From: Candidatus Latescibacterota bacterium
GTDB lineage: Bacteria; Latescibacterota; UBA2968; UBA8231
Direction of reading: 5' to 3'
DNA length: 64,000 nucleotides
Assembly: GCA_965223905.1 (NCBI GenBank)
Contig: CBDCXV010000011.1
Location: forward strand, 1,888,001 to 1,952,000
Under the pieces are notes generated by a model. The model worked only from the letters and a program-made list of their open reading frames with translations. It was not told the origin of the DNA and searched no databases. The translations under genes and the position numbers were made by a program. This document shows positions 11,062 to 24,079 of this stretch, piece after piece (positions within the stretch are counted from its first letter, which is position 1; every line of letters starts with the position of its first letter).

Positions 11062-11712
11062 ATGGCAAGGAGAATTCTCACAGCAGTCTTTGCAACGGCG
11101 CTGGCCGCGGCCGTTACCGCGCCGGCGCACGCCGAGTTCGGAGTCGGGGCCGACGCGGCGACGCGCTACATCTGGCGCGGCCTCAGCCTCGACGACAGCT
11201 TCGTCATACAGCCGTACCTGTCGTACGCGACCGAGGCCGGCATCGAGATCGGGGCCTGGTCGTCCTGGTCGCTGACCTCGAGCGGCGCCAACGAGAACGA
11301 CCTGTACGTCAGCTACTCGACGGGGCCGGTCTCGATCGCCCTGACCGACTACTACTTTCCCAACGGGGAGGGAACGGAGTTCTTCACCTACGACGATGAC
11401 GCCGCGATACATCAGCTCGAAGCGATGGTCTCCTTCGCCAGCGGACCGCTGAGCGTGACCGGAGCCCTGATCTTCCTCGGGGCCGCGGGCTCGACCCCGG
11501 TCTACGCCGAGGTCGGCTACGAGTTCATGTCCGGCGACGACGTCTCCGCCGGACTGTTCGCGGGGCTGGGCTCCGAGTCGTACTACACCAGCTCCGGAGA
11601 TCTGGCGCTGATCAACGTCGGTATCGGCGTCTCGATGGGGGACTACTCCGCCCAGTACATCCTGAACCCCGATACCGAGCAGTCGTACCTGGTGTTGATG
11701 AAGGGCCTGTAG
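11062..11712 (+). CDS. TorF-like putative outer-membrane porin (TIGR02001-like)
   Basis: Signal peptide, ADAATRYIWRG, IQPYLSY, GAWSS, ENDLYVSYS. This family is typically found in amtB/glnK operons. GGAGGAG RBS. Confidence 0.7.
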   Translation: MARRILTAVFATALAAAVTAPAHAEFGVGADAATRYIWRGLSLDDSFVIQPYLSYATEAGIEIGAWSSWSLTSSGANENDLYVSYSTGPVSIALTDYYFPNGEGTEFFTYDDDAAIHQLEAMVSFASGPLSVTGALIFLGAAGSTPVYAEVGYEFMSGDDVSAGLFAGLGSESYYTSSGDLALINVGIGVSMGDYSAQYILNPDTEQSYLVLMKGL

Positions 11713-11760
11713 GGCGGCAGCGGACAGGCCGCGCGACCGCCCGCAACGGCGGTGTCCAGG

Positions 11761-11792
11761 GAAGCCCCGGGGGCCGGTTGCCCCGGGGCTTC
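11761..11792. terminator. GC-rich hairpin between porin gene and glnA
   Basis: GAAGCCCCGGGG-N8-CCCCGGGGCTTC perfect 12-bp inverted repeat. Confidence 0.5.
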
Positions 11793-11944
11793 TCGCAATG
11801 AGGCGCATTCCGGAATCGGCTGTTGCGCCCGTTTGATGCAGGTCTGACGCCCCCTATATTCACGGGCTGTTTTTTAACCGGCCGGATTCGCGATTCCAGC
11901 ACTGCGGACTGCTCACGCACCCTATACTCCACGGAGGAACACCA

Positions 11945-13441
11945 ATGGCAAAAGCCAAACCGAAAACCAAAGCTTCACCGAAGGCGAAAGCTTCACCGAA
12001 GGCGAAAGCCAAGGCGGCACCTGCCGCCACCGCTAGGTCGGTCGTCGCCAACGCCAAGGCGCAGGGCGTGCAGATGGTCGACTTCAAGTTCGTCGACTTC
12101 CCCGGCACCTGGCAGCACTTCTCGATTCCCGCCTCGACGCTGGAAGAGGATATGTTCAGCGAGGGCCTCGGATTCGATGGTTCCAGCATTCGCGGCTGGA
12201 AGTCGATCGACGAGAGCGACATGCTCGTCATGCCCGATCCGACCACCGCCTTCCGCGACCCCTTCTGCGAGGTCCCGACCCTGTCGATCATCTGCGACAT
12301 CGTCGACCCGATCACGCGCGAGGACTACGGCCGCGACCCCCGCAACGTCGCCAAGCGGGCCGAGGCCTTCCTGAAGTCCACCGGCCTCGCCGACACCGCG
12401 TACTTCGGGCCGGAAGCGGAGTTCTTCATCTTCGACAGCATCCAGTACGACCAGAACGCGCACTCCTCCTACCACTTCATCGACTCCGTCGAGGGGCGCT
12501 GGAACTCCGGCGCCGACGAGCAGCCGAACCTCGGGTACAAGCCGCCTTACAAGGGCGGATACTTCCCGGTACCCCCGCACGACACGCAGCAGGACCTGCG
12601 CTCGGAGATGGTGCTGACGATGATGGAGGCCGGCGTCGACGTCGAGGTCCACCACCACGAGGTCGGCACCGCCGGGCAGGGTGAGATCGACATCCGCTTC
12701 TGCCCGCTGGTCAGCTGCGGCGACCAGATGATGATCTACAAGTACGTCATCAAGAACGTCGCAAAAAAGCACGGCAAGACGGCGACCTTCATGCCCAAGC
12801 CGCTGTTCGAGGACAACGGCACCGGCATGCACACCCACCAGAGCCTGTGGAAGGGGGGCCGGCCGCTGTTCGCCGGCAACGGCTACGCCGGCCTCAGCGA
12901 GATGGCCCTGCACTACATCGGCGGCCTGCTCAAACACGCCCGCTCCATCCTCGCCTTCACCAACCCGACCACCAACTCGTACCGCCGCCTGGTTCCCGGG
13001 TACGAAGCGCCGGTGAACCTCGCCTACTCGCAGCGCAACCGCAGCGCCGCCTGCCGCATCCCGATGTACTCGGCCAGCCCCAAGGCCAAGCGGGTCGAGT
13101 TCCGCTGCCCGGATCCCAGCTGCAACCTGTACCTGGGGATGTCCGCCATGCTGATGGCCGGCCTCGACGGGGTGCTCAACAAGATCGACCCGGGCGACCC
13201 GATGGACACCGACATCTACGAGCTGTCGGCCGAGGAGCGCGCCTCGGTTCCGCTGACGCCGGCGTCGCTCGACGCGGCCATGGACGCCCTCGAGGCGGAT
13301 CACGACTACCTGCTCAAGGGAGACGTGTTCACCGAGGACGTGATCCAGGCCTGGATCGACTACAAGCGCGAAGAGGAGATCGACGCCATACGGCTGCGCC
13401 CGCACCCGTACGAGTTCGCCCTCTACTACGACATGGTGTAG
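11945..13441 (+). CDS. glnA: Glutamine synthetase type I with Lys/Ala-rich N-terminal extension
   Basis: [69 protein letters not shown] adenylylation-site Tyr. Confidence 0.98.
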   Translation: MAKAKPKTKASPKAKASPKAKAKAAPAATARSVVANAKAQGVQMVDFKFVDFPGTWQHFSIPASTLEEDMFSEGLGFDGSSIRGWKSIDESDMLVMPDPTTAFRDPFCEVPTLSIICDIVDPITREDYGRDPRNVAKRAEAFLKSTGLADTAYFGPEAEFFIFDSIQYDQNAHSSYHFIDSVEGRWNSGADEQPNLGYKPPYKGGYFPVPPHDTQQDLRSEMVLTMMEAGVDVEVHHHEVGTAGQGEIDIRFCPLVSCGDQMMIYKYVIKNVAKKHGKTATFMPKPLFEDNGTGMHTHQSLWKGGRPLFAGNGYAGLSEMALHYIGGLLKHARSILAFTNPTTNSYRRLVPGYEAPVNLAYSQRNRSAACRIPMYSASPKAKRVEFRCPDPSCNLYLGMSAMLMAGLDGVLNKIDPGDPMDTDIYELSAEERASVPLTPASLDAAMDALEADHDYLLKGDVFTEDVIQAWIDYKREEEIDAIRLRPHPYEFALYYDMV

Positions 13442-13496
13442 GTCTGCAAGGCGACTCTGCGGCCGGCGTCGAAGCAGGGCGCCGTCCACCTGGAAA

Positions 13497-13534
13497 GAAG
13501 GCAGGCCGTCCCGGCGACGGCCTGCCTCTTTTTT
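13497..13534 (+). terminator. Intrinsic terminator of glnA
   Basis: AGGCAGGCCGTC-CCGGC-GACGGCCTGCCT followed by CTTTTTT. Confidence 0.8.
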
Positions 13535-13601
13535 GCCTTGCCCGGGAGCCTCGTGCCGTGACCCCCGAACCCGGACCCCCTGCCGAGCGCCGCATTCCCT
13601 C

Positions 13602-14627
13602 GTGGCCGTGGAGCGCTGCGGCGGCGTCTCGAGACTGACCCGCTGCCGCTCCGTCGCCCCGCTCGAGCTGCTCAACCCGCGCGCCGCGGAAGGGTACTGC
13701 CCGGTGATCCTCTCCTCCTGCGGCGGCGGCCTGGTCGAGGGGGATGCCGTCGACCTCGAGGTGCGCTGCGGACCGCGGGCCGCCCTGTTCCTCGGCACCC
13801 AGGCCCTGGGCAAGGTGTACAGGTGCCCGGCGGGCAGCGGCTGCCGCCAGGAGCTGCGCGGCGCCGTCGCCGACGGCGCAACCGCGGTGGTCATGCCGGA
13901 TCCGGTGGTGCCATTCGCCGGCAGCATCTACCGCCAGCGCCAGCATTGGAGCCTGCAGGGGGACGCCGTGCTCCTGCTCGTGGACGGCCACACCGCCGGC
14001 AGGGTCCTGCGCGGCGAGCGCTTCGCCTACCGCGAGTACCGCTCGGACATCGACATCCTCGTCGACGGCAGCACCATCCTCCTGGAGCGCTATTGCTCGC
14101 GGCCCGACGAGCTGCCCCCCGACTCGGCCGGGGCCTTCGGCCGCGGCACCGCCCTCCTCAACGCCTGCGCCGTCGGCGGCGCCGACAGCCGCCGTTTCCG
14201 CTCCCTGACAGAACGGCTGGAAGAGAGCATCCCCCCTGCCGTTGCGGCCGGCCCCGCGGCGTCGAGGGAGGCCGGCTGTCTCGTAGCCCACTCGCGGCCG
14301 CGCGGGGAGGTCTGGGTGCTGCGGGCCCTGGCGGACCGGTGCGAATCCCTCGATCCCCTGCGCCGGCTCCTCGGGGAAGCGGCCGGCATCCTGCTCGGAG
14401 GCAACCCGGTCGAAAGGCTGCTCGGCCGGCCCCCCTCCTGCCTTGAACGACAATTATGTCCTTACGAGAATTTCCGGCTACAAAAATGTCGATCCACTTC
14501 ACCGACTGCCGTCCCCCCCGGTAGACTCGAGCCTCCGCCGAAAAAACCACCTCGGTTCCAACCCTATCCCCGACAAACAGTTGCGCCGGTTGCTCCTACC
14601 GCTTCCGGGAGCGGGTCCGCGGTCTGA
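13602..14627 (+). CDS. ureD: Urease accessory protein UreD (start uncertain; true end probably ~14446)
   Basis: GGGLVEGDAVDLEV, GTQALGKVY, PDPVVPFAGS.YRQ, GRVLRGERFAY. The C-terminal ~60 aa look non-coding and overlap regulatory sites. Confidence 0.8.
   Translation: MAVERCGGVSRLTRCRSVAPLELLNPRAAEGYCPVILSSCGGGLVEGDAVDLEVRCGPRAALFLGTQALGKVYRCPAGSGCRQELRGAVADGATAVVMPDPVVPFAGSIYRQRQHWSLQGDAVLLLVDGHTAGRVLRGERFAYREYRSDIDILVDGSTILLERYCSRPDELPPDSAGAFGRGTALLNACAVGGADSRRFRSLTERLEESIPPAVAAGPAASREAGCLVAHSRPRGEVWVLRALADRCESLDPLRRLLGEAAGILLGGNPVERLLGRPPSCLERQLCPYENFRLQKCRSTSPTAVPPGRLEPPPKKPPRFQPYPRQTVAPVAPTASGSGSAV
14448..14491. promoter_or_regulatory. Paired ACA-N4-TGT sites upstream of ABC/guanidinase/urease operon
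   Basis: CGACAATTATGTCC (14448-14461) and CTACAAAAATGTCG (14478-14491), 30 bp apart. A degenerate sigma54 box TGACCCCTGATTTGCA is at 14625-14640. Confidence 0.65.
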
Positions 14628-14703
14628 CCCCTGATTTGCAAGCGGTGCCGCGTCCCAACGACACGCCTGTTCCGCGCTGCGGATTCAACCCAAGGAGGAT
14701 TTC

Positions 14704-15708
14704 ATGGCACGCACCCGGCTCTGGCGGACGGCCCTGCTGACCGCCGGCTTCATCGTCACCACGGCCGCCACCGGCCTCGACGCCAAGCTCAAGATCGGCT
14801 ACAGCGACTGGCCCGGCTGGGTCGCCTGGGAAATCGGCATTCAGAAGGGCTGGTTCGCCGAAGCGGGGGTCGACGCGGAGTTCATCTGGTTCGAGTACGT
14901 CCCTTCGATGGACGCCTTCGCCGCCGGCCAGGTCGACGCGGTGGCGATGACCAACGGGGACGCCATGGTCATCGGCTCGGCCGGCAAGGCCTGCAAGGGA
15001 ATCATCCTCAACGACTACAGCAACGGCAACGACATGGTCGTTGCGCGGCCGGGGATCGGCGCGGTTGCGGAGCTGAAGGGGATGAAGGTCGGCGTCGAGC
15101 TCGGCTTCGTCTCCCACCTGCTGCTGCTGACGGCGCTCGAAGCCAACGGCATGCAGGAAAGCGACGTCGAGCTGAAGAACATGCCGACCCACGAGACCCC
15201 GCAGGCGCTCGCCTCCAAGGGGGTCGACGCCATCGTCGCCTGGCAGCCCAACTCGGGGCAGGCCCTCAACCTGGTCGCCGGCTCGAAGCCGGTCTTCACC
15301 AGCGCCAACGCCCCGGGCATCATCTACGACCTGCTCTACGTCAGCAGCGAGAGCCTGGCGGCAAACCGCGGCGACTGGAAGAAGGTGGCCGGGGTCTGGT
15401 ACCGGATCGTCGACTACCTCGCCGACGAGTCGAACCGCGAGGAAGCCCTGGGGATCATGAGCGCCCGGGTCGGCCTCACCCCGGAGCAGTACGCCCCCTT
15501 CACCGAGGGAACCTACATCCTCTCCCTCGAAGAGTCGGTCGAACGCTTCGCCAAGGCGGAGGGCCTCGGCTCGGTCTACGGATCGAGCGAGGTCGCCGAC
15601 CGCTTCAACCTCGCCAACAAGGTGTACGACAAGGCGCAGGCCGTCGACTCCTATCTCGACCCCTCGCTGGTCATGGAGTACGCCGGAAAACTGGCGAAGA
15701 AGGAGTAA
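14704..15708 (+). CDS. NitT/TauT-family ABC substrate-binding protein (guanidine/urea-associated type)
   Basis: Signal peptide, [53 protein letters not shown]. Confidence 0.88.
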   Translation: MARTRLWRTALLTAGFIVTTAATGLDAKLKIGYSDWPGWVAWEIGIQKGWFAEAGVDAEFIWFEYVPSMDAFAAGQVDAVAMTNGDAMVIGSAGKACKGIILNDYSNGNDMVVARPGIGAVAELKGMKVGVELGFVSHLLLLTALEANGMQESDVELKNMPTHETPQALASKGVDAIVAWQPNSGQALNLVAGSKPVFTSANAPGIIYDLLYVSSESLAANRGDWKKVAGVWYRIVDYLADESNREEALGIMSARVGLTPEQYAPFTEGTYILSLEESVERFAKAEGLGSVYGSSEVADRFNLANKVYDKAQAVDSYLDPSLVMEYAGKLAKKE

Positions 15709-15764
15709 GGCGCCTGACAACCCGGTAGCCGCCGCACGAACCACCAACCCAGGAGGAACCGAAG

Positions 15765-16936
15765 TTGCCGTTCTACCAGAACCACGCCCCGGGATTGCGC
15801 GGCCACGAGCGCCCCGTCCCCGACCTCTCCCACCTGCGGGGGTGGAAGGCCCAGGACGCCGAGGCCGGGCTCGGCGACGAGCAGTGGGCGCGCCGAGGCG
15901 GCGAGGGGGCTCGAGCTCGGCCTCGAGGCGGCCGCCTCGATCGAGGACCGCGAGGAGATCAGCTGCTTCCAGCGCGGCGAGCTGCCCCACTGGTCGGGGA
16001 TCAACACCTTCCTCAAGTGCCCGTTCCTCGAGGACGTTCCCCGCGTCGGCGAGTACGACGTCGCCTTCCTCGGCGCCCCCTTCGACATCGGCACCACCTA
16101 CCGCTCCGGGACCCGCTTCGGGCCCCAGGGCATGCGGCGCATATCCTCCCTCTACACGCCGTACAACTTCGAGATGGGGATCGACCTGAGGGAGTCGCTG
16201 AAGATGTGCGACCTCGGGGACGTCTTCTGCCCCGCCAACATCACCAAGAGCCACGACCAGATCGCCAAGGCGGTCGCCCATGATCATCGGCAGCGACACC
16301 CTGCCGATGATCATGGGAGGGGACCACTCGATCGGCTACCCCTGCGCCCGCGGGGTCGCCGAGTGCGTCGAGGGCAACATCGGCATCATCCACCTCGACC
16401 GGCACGTCGACACCCAGGAGCGGGACATGGACGAGATCATGCACACCTGCCCCTGGTTCCACGCCACCAGCATCCCCAACTGCCCGCCCGCCAACCTCGT
16501 GCAGCTGGGGATCGGCGGCTGGCAGGTGCCGCGCGCCGGGGTGCGCCACGGCCGCTCGATGCGCTCGACGGTGCTGACCATCGACGACATCGAGACCCTC
16601 GGGATCGACAAGACCCTGGAGATCGCACTCGAGGTCGCCTGGAAGGGGGCCAGCGCCGTGTACCTCTCCTTCGACATCGACTCCGTCGACGCCGGGTACG
16701 TGCCCGGCACCGGCTGGCCCGAACCGGGCGGGTTCCTGCCGCGGGAGGCGCTGGCGCTGCTGCGCGGCATCGCCGCCGAGGGGATCGCCGCCATGGAGGT
16801 GGTCGAGGTCGCTCCCCCCTACGACGTCTCCGACATCACCGCCCTGCTCGGGGTGCGCGCCATGATGGACGTGCTGGCGGCGATGGTGGGCAACGGCCGC
16901 ATAGGCGGCAAGCTCGCGGCAGGGGCAAAGGGATGA
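15765..16936 (+). CDS. gdmH: Guanidine hydrolase (GdmH-like arginase/agmatinase family), two apparent +1 frameshifts (~15893, ~16278)
   Basis: Joined frames give RGELPHWSGINTFLKCP, GTTYRSGTRFGPQGMRRISSLYTPYNFEMG, GGDHSIGYP, HLDRHVDTQE..DEIMHTCPWFHAT, LVQLGIGGWQVPR, SFDIDSVDAG.VPGTGWPEPGG. These match the Synechocystis Sll1077/GdmH motifs as I recall them. Confidence 0.8.
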
Positions 16937-17977
16937 GCGAGGCCGCGGCAGCACCCCCCGCCCCCGCGCCGCAGGAGTCCACCGCGGCCGGTCCGGCCTT
17001 CGTCATCGCCGGGGACGCGGGCACCGCGGGCGACCGCGGTCTCACCGGAACGGTGGCGGCCGGCGCCTCCAAGGCGCTCGGCTTCGACGCCCCCCTGTTC
17101 GGCGCGGCGATGGCCGAGGCGGGACCTTTCGGCGCCGGCCCCGGGGACTGCGGCCTCGACCCGGTGCTGGAGCGCTGTATCGAACAGGGACACGACGAGC
17201 TCTTCCTGCTGCCGTTCACCTCGGGGTTCGACCTCTTCCGCAGGCAGGCGTTCGCCGAGAGCATCGCCCGCGCCCGCAGGCGCTCCGGAAACGCCCGCAT
17301 CTTCTGCGACGAGCCCGACCTGTGCGAGCCGCTGCCGGTGCGGGCCTTCGCCGACTCCGCCCTGGCGGCGCTGGACCGGGCCGGGGTGCCTCCAGGCGAG
17401 GCGCACCTCGTCGTCGTCTCCGGCGGCCAGGGGGACGCCGCGGACCGCGCCCGCGTCTACCGCCTCATGCGCCTGATCTGGGAGGAGGTGGGAGCGAAGA
17501 AGGGGGACGCAGCCTTCCTGTACTGCGATACTCCCCGGCTGGAGGCCGCCCTCGAGGAAGGGGAAGGGCCCCGCCTGCTGGTTCCCCGTCATCGTCGCCG
17601 AGGCCGGGGCGCGCAAGCTGTTCCTGCGACGGGTGCGGGCTAGGGCCGCGGGCCAACCCCCCGGGGCGCCCTGCCTGGTCGGGGACTTCGCCGACGGCCA
17701 TCCGAACATCGCTTCCTGGCTGCAGGCGCGCCTGCTCAGGTTGTGGAACTCGCACCGCTCCCGCGCCGCGGCGCGCCTGCCCAACGCCCGCGGCGCCGGC
17801 GGCAGGCAACGCTCCGTCCTCTCCGGGCCCGGCCGCCGGCTCGCGGTCGCCGACCTCGGAGACCGCATCCCCGAAGACATCGCCTACGGCCCCGGAGTGG
17901 TGGCGAGGATCTTCGATACCGAAAGCCTGGAGAAGCTCCTCGACCGCTTCGGCATCCGCGGCGACCCGGTCTTCGTC
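16933..17977 (+). CDS. Degenerate CbiX/SirB-like chelatase-fold protein (frameshift ~17585), running in-frame into permease fragment
   Basis: ATGA overlap with gdmH stop. [43 protein letters not shown] and GHP.I patterns resemble two-domain CbiX, but the His ligands are missing. Confidence 0.5.
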
Positions 17978-18510
17978 ATCCTGTGCGGCACCTTCCACTT
18001 CTTCGCCCGCCTCACCGAGCCGTTCGTCGACTTCATCCGCTACATGCCGGCGCCCGCCTTCGGCGCCCTCGTCGTCGCCTTCGTCGGCATCAACGACGCC
18101 CCCAAGGTCGCCATCATCTTCGTCGGCACCTTCTTCCAGATGGTGCTCGTCGTCGGCAACACCACCCGCCTGCTCGAGACCTCCCTGATCGAGGCGGCGC
18201 AGACCCTGGGGACGCGGCGCAAGCAGCTGATCCTGCACGTGATCGTCCCGGGGATCCTGCCCAACCTCTACCGCGACCTGCGTATCCTGCTCGGCTGGGC
18301 CTGGACCTACCTGATCGTCGCCGAGCTGATCGGGGCCAGCTCCGGGATCAGCTACTTCATAAACCAGCAGGCGAAGTACCGGAACTACGACAACGTCTTC
18401 GCCGCCATCGTCATGATCGGCATCATCGGGCTGACCACCGACCAGGTCCTCGGGCTCATCGAGCGCTTCCTGTTTCCCTGGGAACGCGGCAGCCGCGGGC
18501 TGTCTTCCTC

Positions 18511-18514
<4 letters not shown>
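17978..18514 (+). CDS. NitT/TauT ABC permease, N-terminally truncated and fused in-frame to upstream ORF
   Basis: [34 protein letters not shown] (EAA motif), [19 protein letters not shown]. Has no own start or first TM segments. Confidence 0.8.
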
Positions 18515-19413
<899 letters not shown>

Positions 19414-19418
19414 AGCGC

Positions 19419-20186
<768 letters not shown>

Positions 20187-20204
20187 CACCGGGAGAACGA
20201 CCGC

Positions 20205-21918
20205 ATGGCACGAACACTGGACCGGCGCGCCTACGCCGACATGTACGGACCGACCACCGGGGACCGGGTCCGCCTCGGCGACACCGCGCTCGAGGTGGTT
20301 GTCGAGGAGGACGCCAACCTCTACGGGGAGGAGTGCAAGTTCGGCGGCGGCAAGGTGCTGCGCGACGGCATGGGGCAGGCCGCCGGGGCGACCGGGGCGG
20401 AGGCCCTCGACCTGCTGATCACCAACGCCCTCGTCATCGACCACGGCGGCATCCGCAAGGCCGACGTCGGCATCAAGGGGGGCCGCATCCTCGGGGTCGG
20501 CAAGGCCGGCAACCCCGACATCATGCCGGCCGTCGATGCCGGGATGGTCGCCGGGGTGACCACGGAGGTGATCGCCGGAGAGGGGCTGATCCTGACCGCG
20601 GGGGCGCTCGACGTCCACGTCCACTTCATCTGCCCGCAGCAGGTGGAGGAAGCGGTCGCCTCCGGGATCACGACGATGATCGGCGGCGGCACCGGTCCGG
20701 CCACCGGCACCAACGCCACCACCTGCACCCCGGGGGCCTTCCACATCGAGACCATGCTCAGGGCGAGCGACGCCTGGCCCCTGAACTTCGGCTTCCTCGG
20801 CAAGGGGAACTCCTCCTTCCCGGAGGGGCTGCGCGGGCAGGTCCGGGCCGGGGCCTGCGGTCTCAAGCTGCACGAGGACTGGGGCACCACCCCCGCGGCG
20901 ATCGACACCTGCCTCGCCGTGGCCGAGGAGGAGGACATCCAGGTCGCCATCCACACCGACACCCTCAACGAGTCCGGCTTCGTCGAGCAGTCGCGGCAGG
21001 CGTTCAGGGGCCGCACCATCCACACCTACCACACGGAAGGGGCCGGCGGCGGCCACGCCCCCGACATCATACGGCTGTGCGGGGAACAGAACGTGCTCCC
21101 CTCCTCGACCAATCCGACGCGGCCGTTCACGGTCAACACCATCGACGAGCACCTCGACATGCTGATGGTCTGCCACCACCTCGACAGGAACATCCCGGAG
21201 GACGTCGCCTTCGCCGAAAGCCGCATCCGCAAAGAGACCATCGCCGCCGAGGACATCCTCCACGACATCGGGGCGTTCTCCATCATCGCCTCGGACAGCC
21301 AGGCGATGGGACGGGTAGGCGAGGTCGTCTGCCGGACCTGGCAGACCGCCCACAAGATGAAGCTGCAGCGCGGCCCCCTTCCCGGGGACCGGGGGACCGG
21401 CGCCGACAACCTCAGGGTGAGGCGCTACATCGCCAAGTACACCATCAACCCGGCGATCGCCCACGGCGTCAGCCGCCACGTCGGCTCGGTCGAGGCGGGC
21501 AAGCTCGCCGACCTCGTGCTCTGGAAGCCGGCCTGCTTCGGCTCGCGGCCGGAAATGGTCGTCAAGGGCGGGGTCATCGCCTGGTCCCAGATGGGGGGAT
21601 GCCAACGCCTCCATACCGACCCCCGAGCCGGTCATTCCCCGGCCGATGTTCGGCGCCTTCGGGAACGCCATAGGTCGGACGTCCCTGAGCTTCGTCTCGC
21701 GGAACGGAGCCGAGGCCGCGGCCGGGTACGGCCTGGCGAAGGCGGTCGCCCCGGTCGAGTCCTGCCGGGGGCTGGGGAAGAGGGACATGATCCTCAACGA
21801 CCTCACCCCTGAGATCGAGGTCGACCCGGAGACCTACAAGGTGCGCGCCGACGGAGAGGTGCTGACCTGCGAGCCCGCGGCCAAGCTGCCCCTCGCCCAG
21901 CTCTACAACCTCTTCTGA
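20205..21918 (+). CDS. ureC: Urease alpha subunit (one +1 G in homopolymer at 21593-21598)
   Basis: [52 protein letters not shown]. After removing one G it continues [14 protein letters not shown]...[10 protein letters not shown]. Confidence 0.95.
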
Positions 21919-21942
21919 GCGGCAGCCGGTCCTGTTGGACGT

Positions 21943-22215
21943 GCAGCGCCCCGGCGCGAGGATGGAAACCGGTTGCTGAAGGGCCAGACTCCATGAGAAC
22001 GGACTCCACCATCGAGACGGGCCGTGGGGCCGTGGCCGGGATGGACCGACGGAACTTGCAGCGCCTCACCCCAGGGATGAGATCGGTTGATGAAGGCCAG
22101 ACTCCATGAGGCAGAATCCGGCTGTCGAGGCGGGGGCGTGGCCGTTGCCACGGATGGATCGGCCGAACCACCGCCAGCGACCATGACACAGGACCCTGCC
22201 ATCGAGGCAGAACCC
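21943..22215 (+). repeat. Degenerate ~115-bp tandem duplication between ureC and ureF
   Basis: Copies start ~21943 and ~22058 and share GCAGCGCC..AGGGATG..CGGTTG.TGAAGG(G)CCAGACTCCATGAG..TCGAG..GGATGGA. A partial third copy runs into the ureF start. Confidence 0.6.
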
Positions 22216-22920
22216 GGAACCGTCTCCGGTGCCGTCAAAAGCGGCGATCCCCTGCTGCTGCTGTTGCAGCTCGGAGACGCGGCGCTGCCGACCGGGGGCT
22301 ACGCCTTTTCCGGGGGCCTGGAGGCGGCACGGCAGCTCGGCCTGGTCGCCGACGGGGCCGGTCTGCACCAGTTCGCGCGCCAGGCGCTGCGCACCGCGGG
22401 CACCTGCGAGCTCCCCTTCCTGCGCGCGGCCTGGCGGCTGGCGCGGCCGCCGGGGACATGCCTCGTGGAGCTGGGGCAGCGCTACGACGCCTTGCAGACC
22501 GCGGCCTGCGGGCGCCAGGCGAGCCTGAAGACCGGGCGCGGCTGGCTGCGCCTGTTCGCGCGGCTGTTTCCCGGTCCCGGCCAGCGCCGCATCGCGCGCC
22601 TCTTCTCAACCGGGGGGACCCCCCCGCACGGCTGCATCCTTTTCGGGGCCTGTCTCGGCGCCGCCGGCGTCGGCGAGGAGGAGGCCGCCGCCCTGTTCCT
22701 GCACCAGCAGCTGCGCGACCAGCTCGGGGCCGCGGTCCGCCTCGGCATCGTCGGCCCGCTCGAGGCGGTGGAGCGCCACGCCGCCCTGCGCCCCGAGTGC
22801 GCCAGGGCTGCCGGGGCCTCGCGCCTGATCCCCTGCGATGAGGCAAGCCGAGGCGCGCCCCAGCTCGACCTGGCGCAGGCCGCGCACGGACACCTGTACT
22901 CGCGGCTGTTTCAGAGCTGA
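22183..22920 (+). CDS. ureF: Urease accessory protein UreF
   Basis: LLQLGDAALPTGGYAFSGGLEAA, AAVRLGIVGP, C-terminal HGHLYSRLFQS. Confidence 0.92.
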   Translation: MTQDPAIEAEPGTVSGAVKSGDPLLLLLQLGDAALPTGGYAFSGGLEAARQLGLVADGAGLHQFARQALRTAGTCELPFLRAAWRLARPPGTCLVELGQRYDALQTAACGRQASLKTGRGWLRLFARLFPGPGQRRIARLFSTGGTPPHGCILFGACLGAAGVGEEEAAALFLHQQLRDQLGAAVRLGIVGPLEAVERHAALRPECARAAGASRLIPCDEASRGAPQLDLAQAAHGHLYSRLFQS

Positions 22921-23033
22921 TCCGCTGTCAACGAGATCACCATGCCCGCTCACAGCTACGATATCACCGGCCGCCAGGGACACCTGAAATCACCCTTGTT
23001 CCATAAGCTGACCTGCCGCCTGCGGAGACCGAC

Positions 23034-23756
23034 ATGCACACCCACAGCCACGATACCGAAAACGGGCACGGCCACAGCCACGCCGACGATCCGGGATCCT
23101 TCGCCGCCCGGGAGGGGATGGCCAGGGGCAGGGACTTCGAAAGCCGCGCCTTCACCGCCGGCATCGGCGGACCGGTCGGCAGCGGCAAGACCGCGCTCGT
23201 GAAGGCCCTTTGCGAAAGGCTGCGCTCCGGCTGCGAGCTCGGGGTGGTGACCAACGACATCTTCACCCGCGAGGACGCCGACTTCCTCGTCCGCCACGAC
23301 GCCCTGCCCGGTGACCGCATCATCGGGGTGGAAACCGGCGGCTGCCCGCACGCGGCAATCCGCGAGGACATCGGCCTCAACCTCGACGCCCTCGATACCC
23401 TGATGGAGCGCTGCCGCCCCGGTCTGCTCCTGCTCGAAAGCGGCGGCGACAATCTCGCCGCGCACTTCAGCAGGGAGCTCGTCGACTACGCCATCTACGT
23501 GATCGACGTCTCCGGCGGCGACAAGATTCCGCGCAAGGGAGGGCCGGGGATCACCCAGTCCGATCTGCTGGTGGTGAACAAGATCGACCTCGCGGGCTTC
23601 GTCGGAGCCGACCTCGAGGTGATGGCCCGCGACGCGCGCAAGATGAGAGGGGAGGGCCCCACGGTCTTCACCTGCATCGCCGACGGCACCGGCGTCGACA
23701 GGGTGATCGCCCACCTGATGGCCGCCCGCGAGCAGGCCGCGGGCGTTCTTCTGTAG
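23034..23756 (+). CDS. ureG: Urease accessory GTPase UreG with His-rich N-terminus
   Basis: [54 protein letters not shown]. Confidence 0.97.
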   Translation: MHTHSHDTENGHGHSHADDPGSFAAREGMARGRDFESRAFTAGIGGPVGSGKTALVKALCERLRSGCELGVVTNDIFTREDADFLVRHDALPGDRIIGVETGGCPHAAIREDIGLNLDALDTLMERCRPGLLLLESGGDNLAAHFSRELVDYAIYVIDVSGGDKIPRKGGPGITQSDLLVVNKIDLAGFVGADLEVMARDARKMRGEGPTVFTCIADGTGVDRVIAHLMAAREQAAGVLL

Positions 23757-24079
23757 TCGGTCGCTGGAATAGCCGACCCGGGCTGCGGCCGGCCCGTCGC
23801 GGTCGCGATCCCCAGCAGTTCGTGTCAGAAACCTGGCCGTTCCCTGGCGCTCTCCAGAGCCTTCCGAAGGCTGGCGTTGCCTTCCTCCCGAATCCCAGGC
23901 GATTCGATTCGATCCCGCTCCCTGTCTTCCATCGCGCCATGACCCGGCCCCGCCTGGAGAGCCATTGTACCGACAAGGCTGTAAAGCCCTTGATCGGTCT
24001 GTTGATCGGTCCGGGGCCGCTTCTATATTCGGGCGACCCACGTCCCCCCTTTCCCTTCGGCAGAATCCCCCCGTCACCA

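Noticed and set aside
14492-15764. Guanidine riboswitch upstream of the SBP or gdmH
   Set aside because: ACGA tetramers are present but not in paired stems, and I could not see guanidine-I or -III consensus blocks. An Rfam scan would be decisive.
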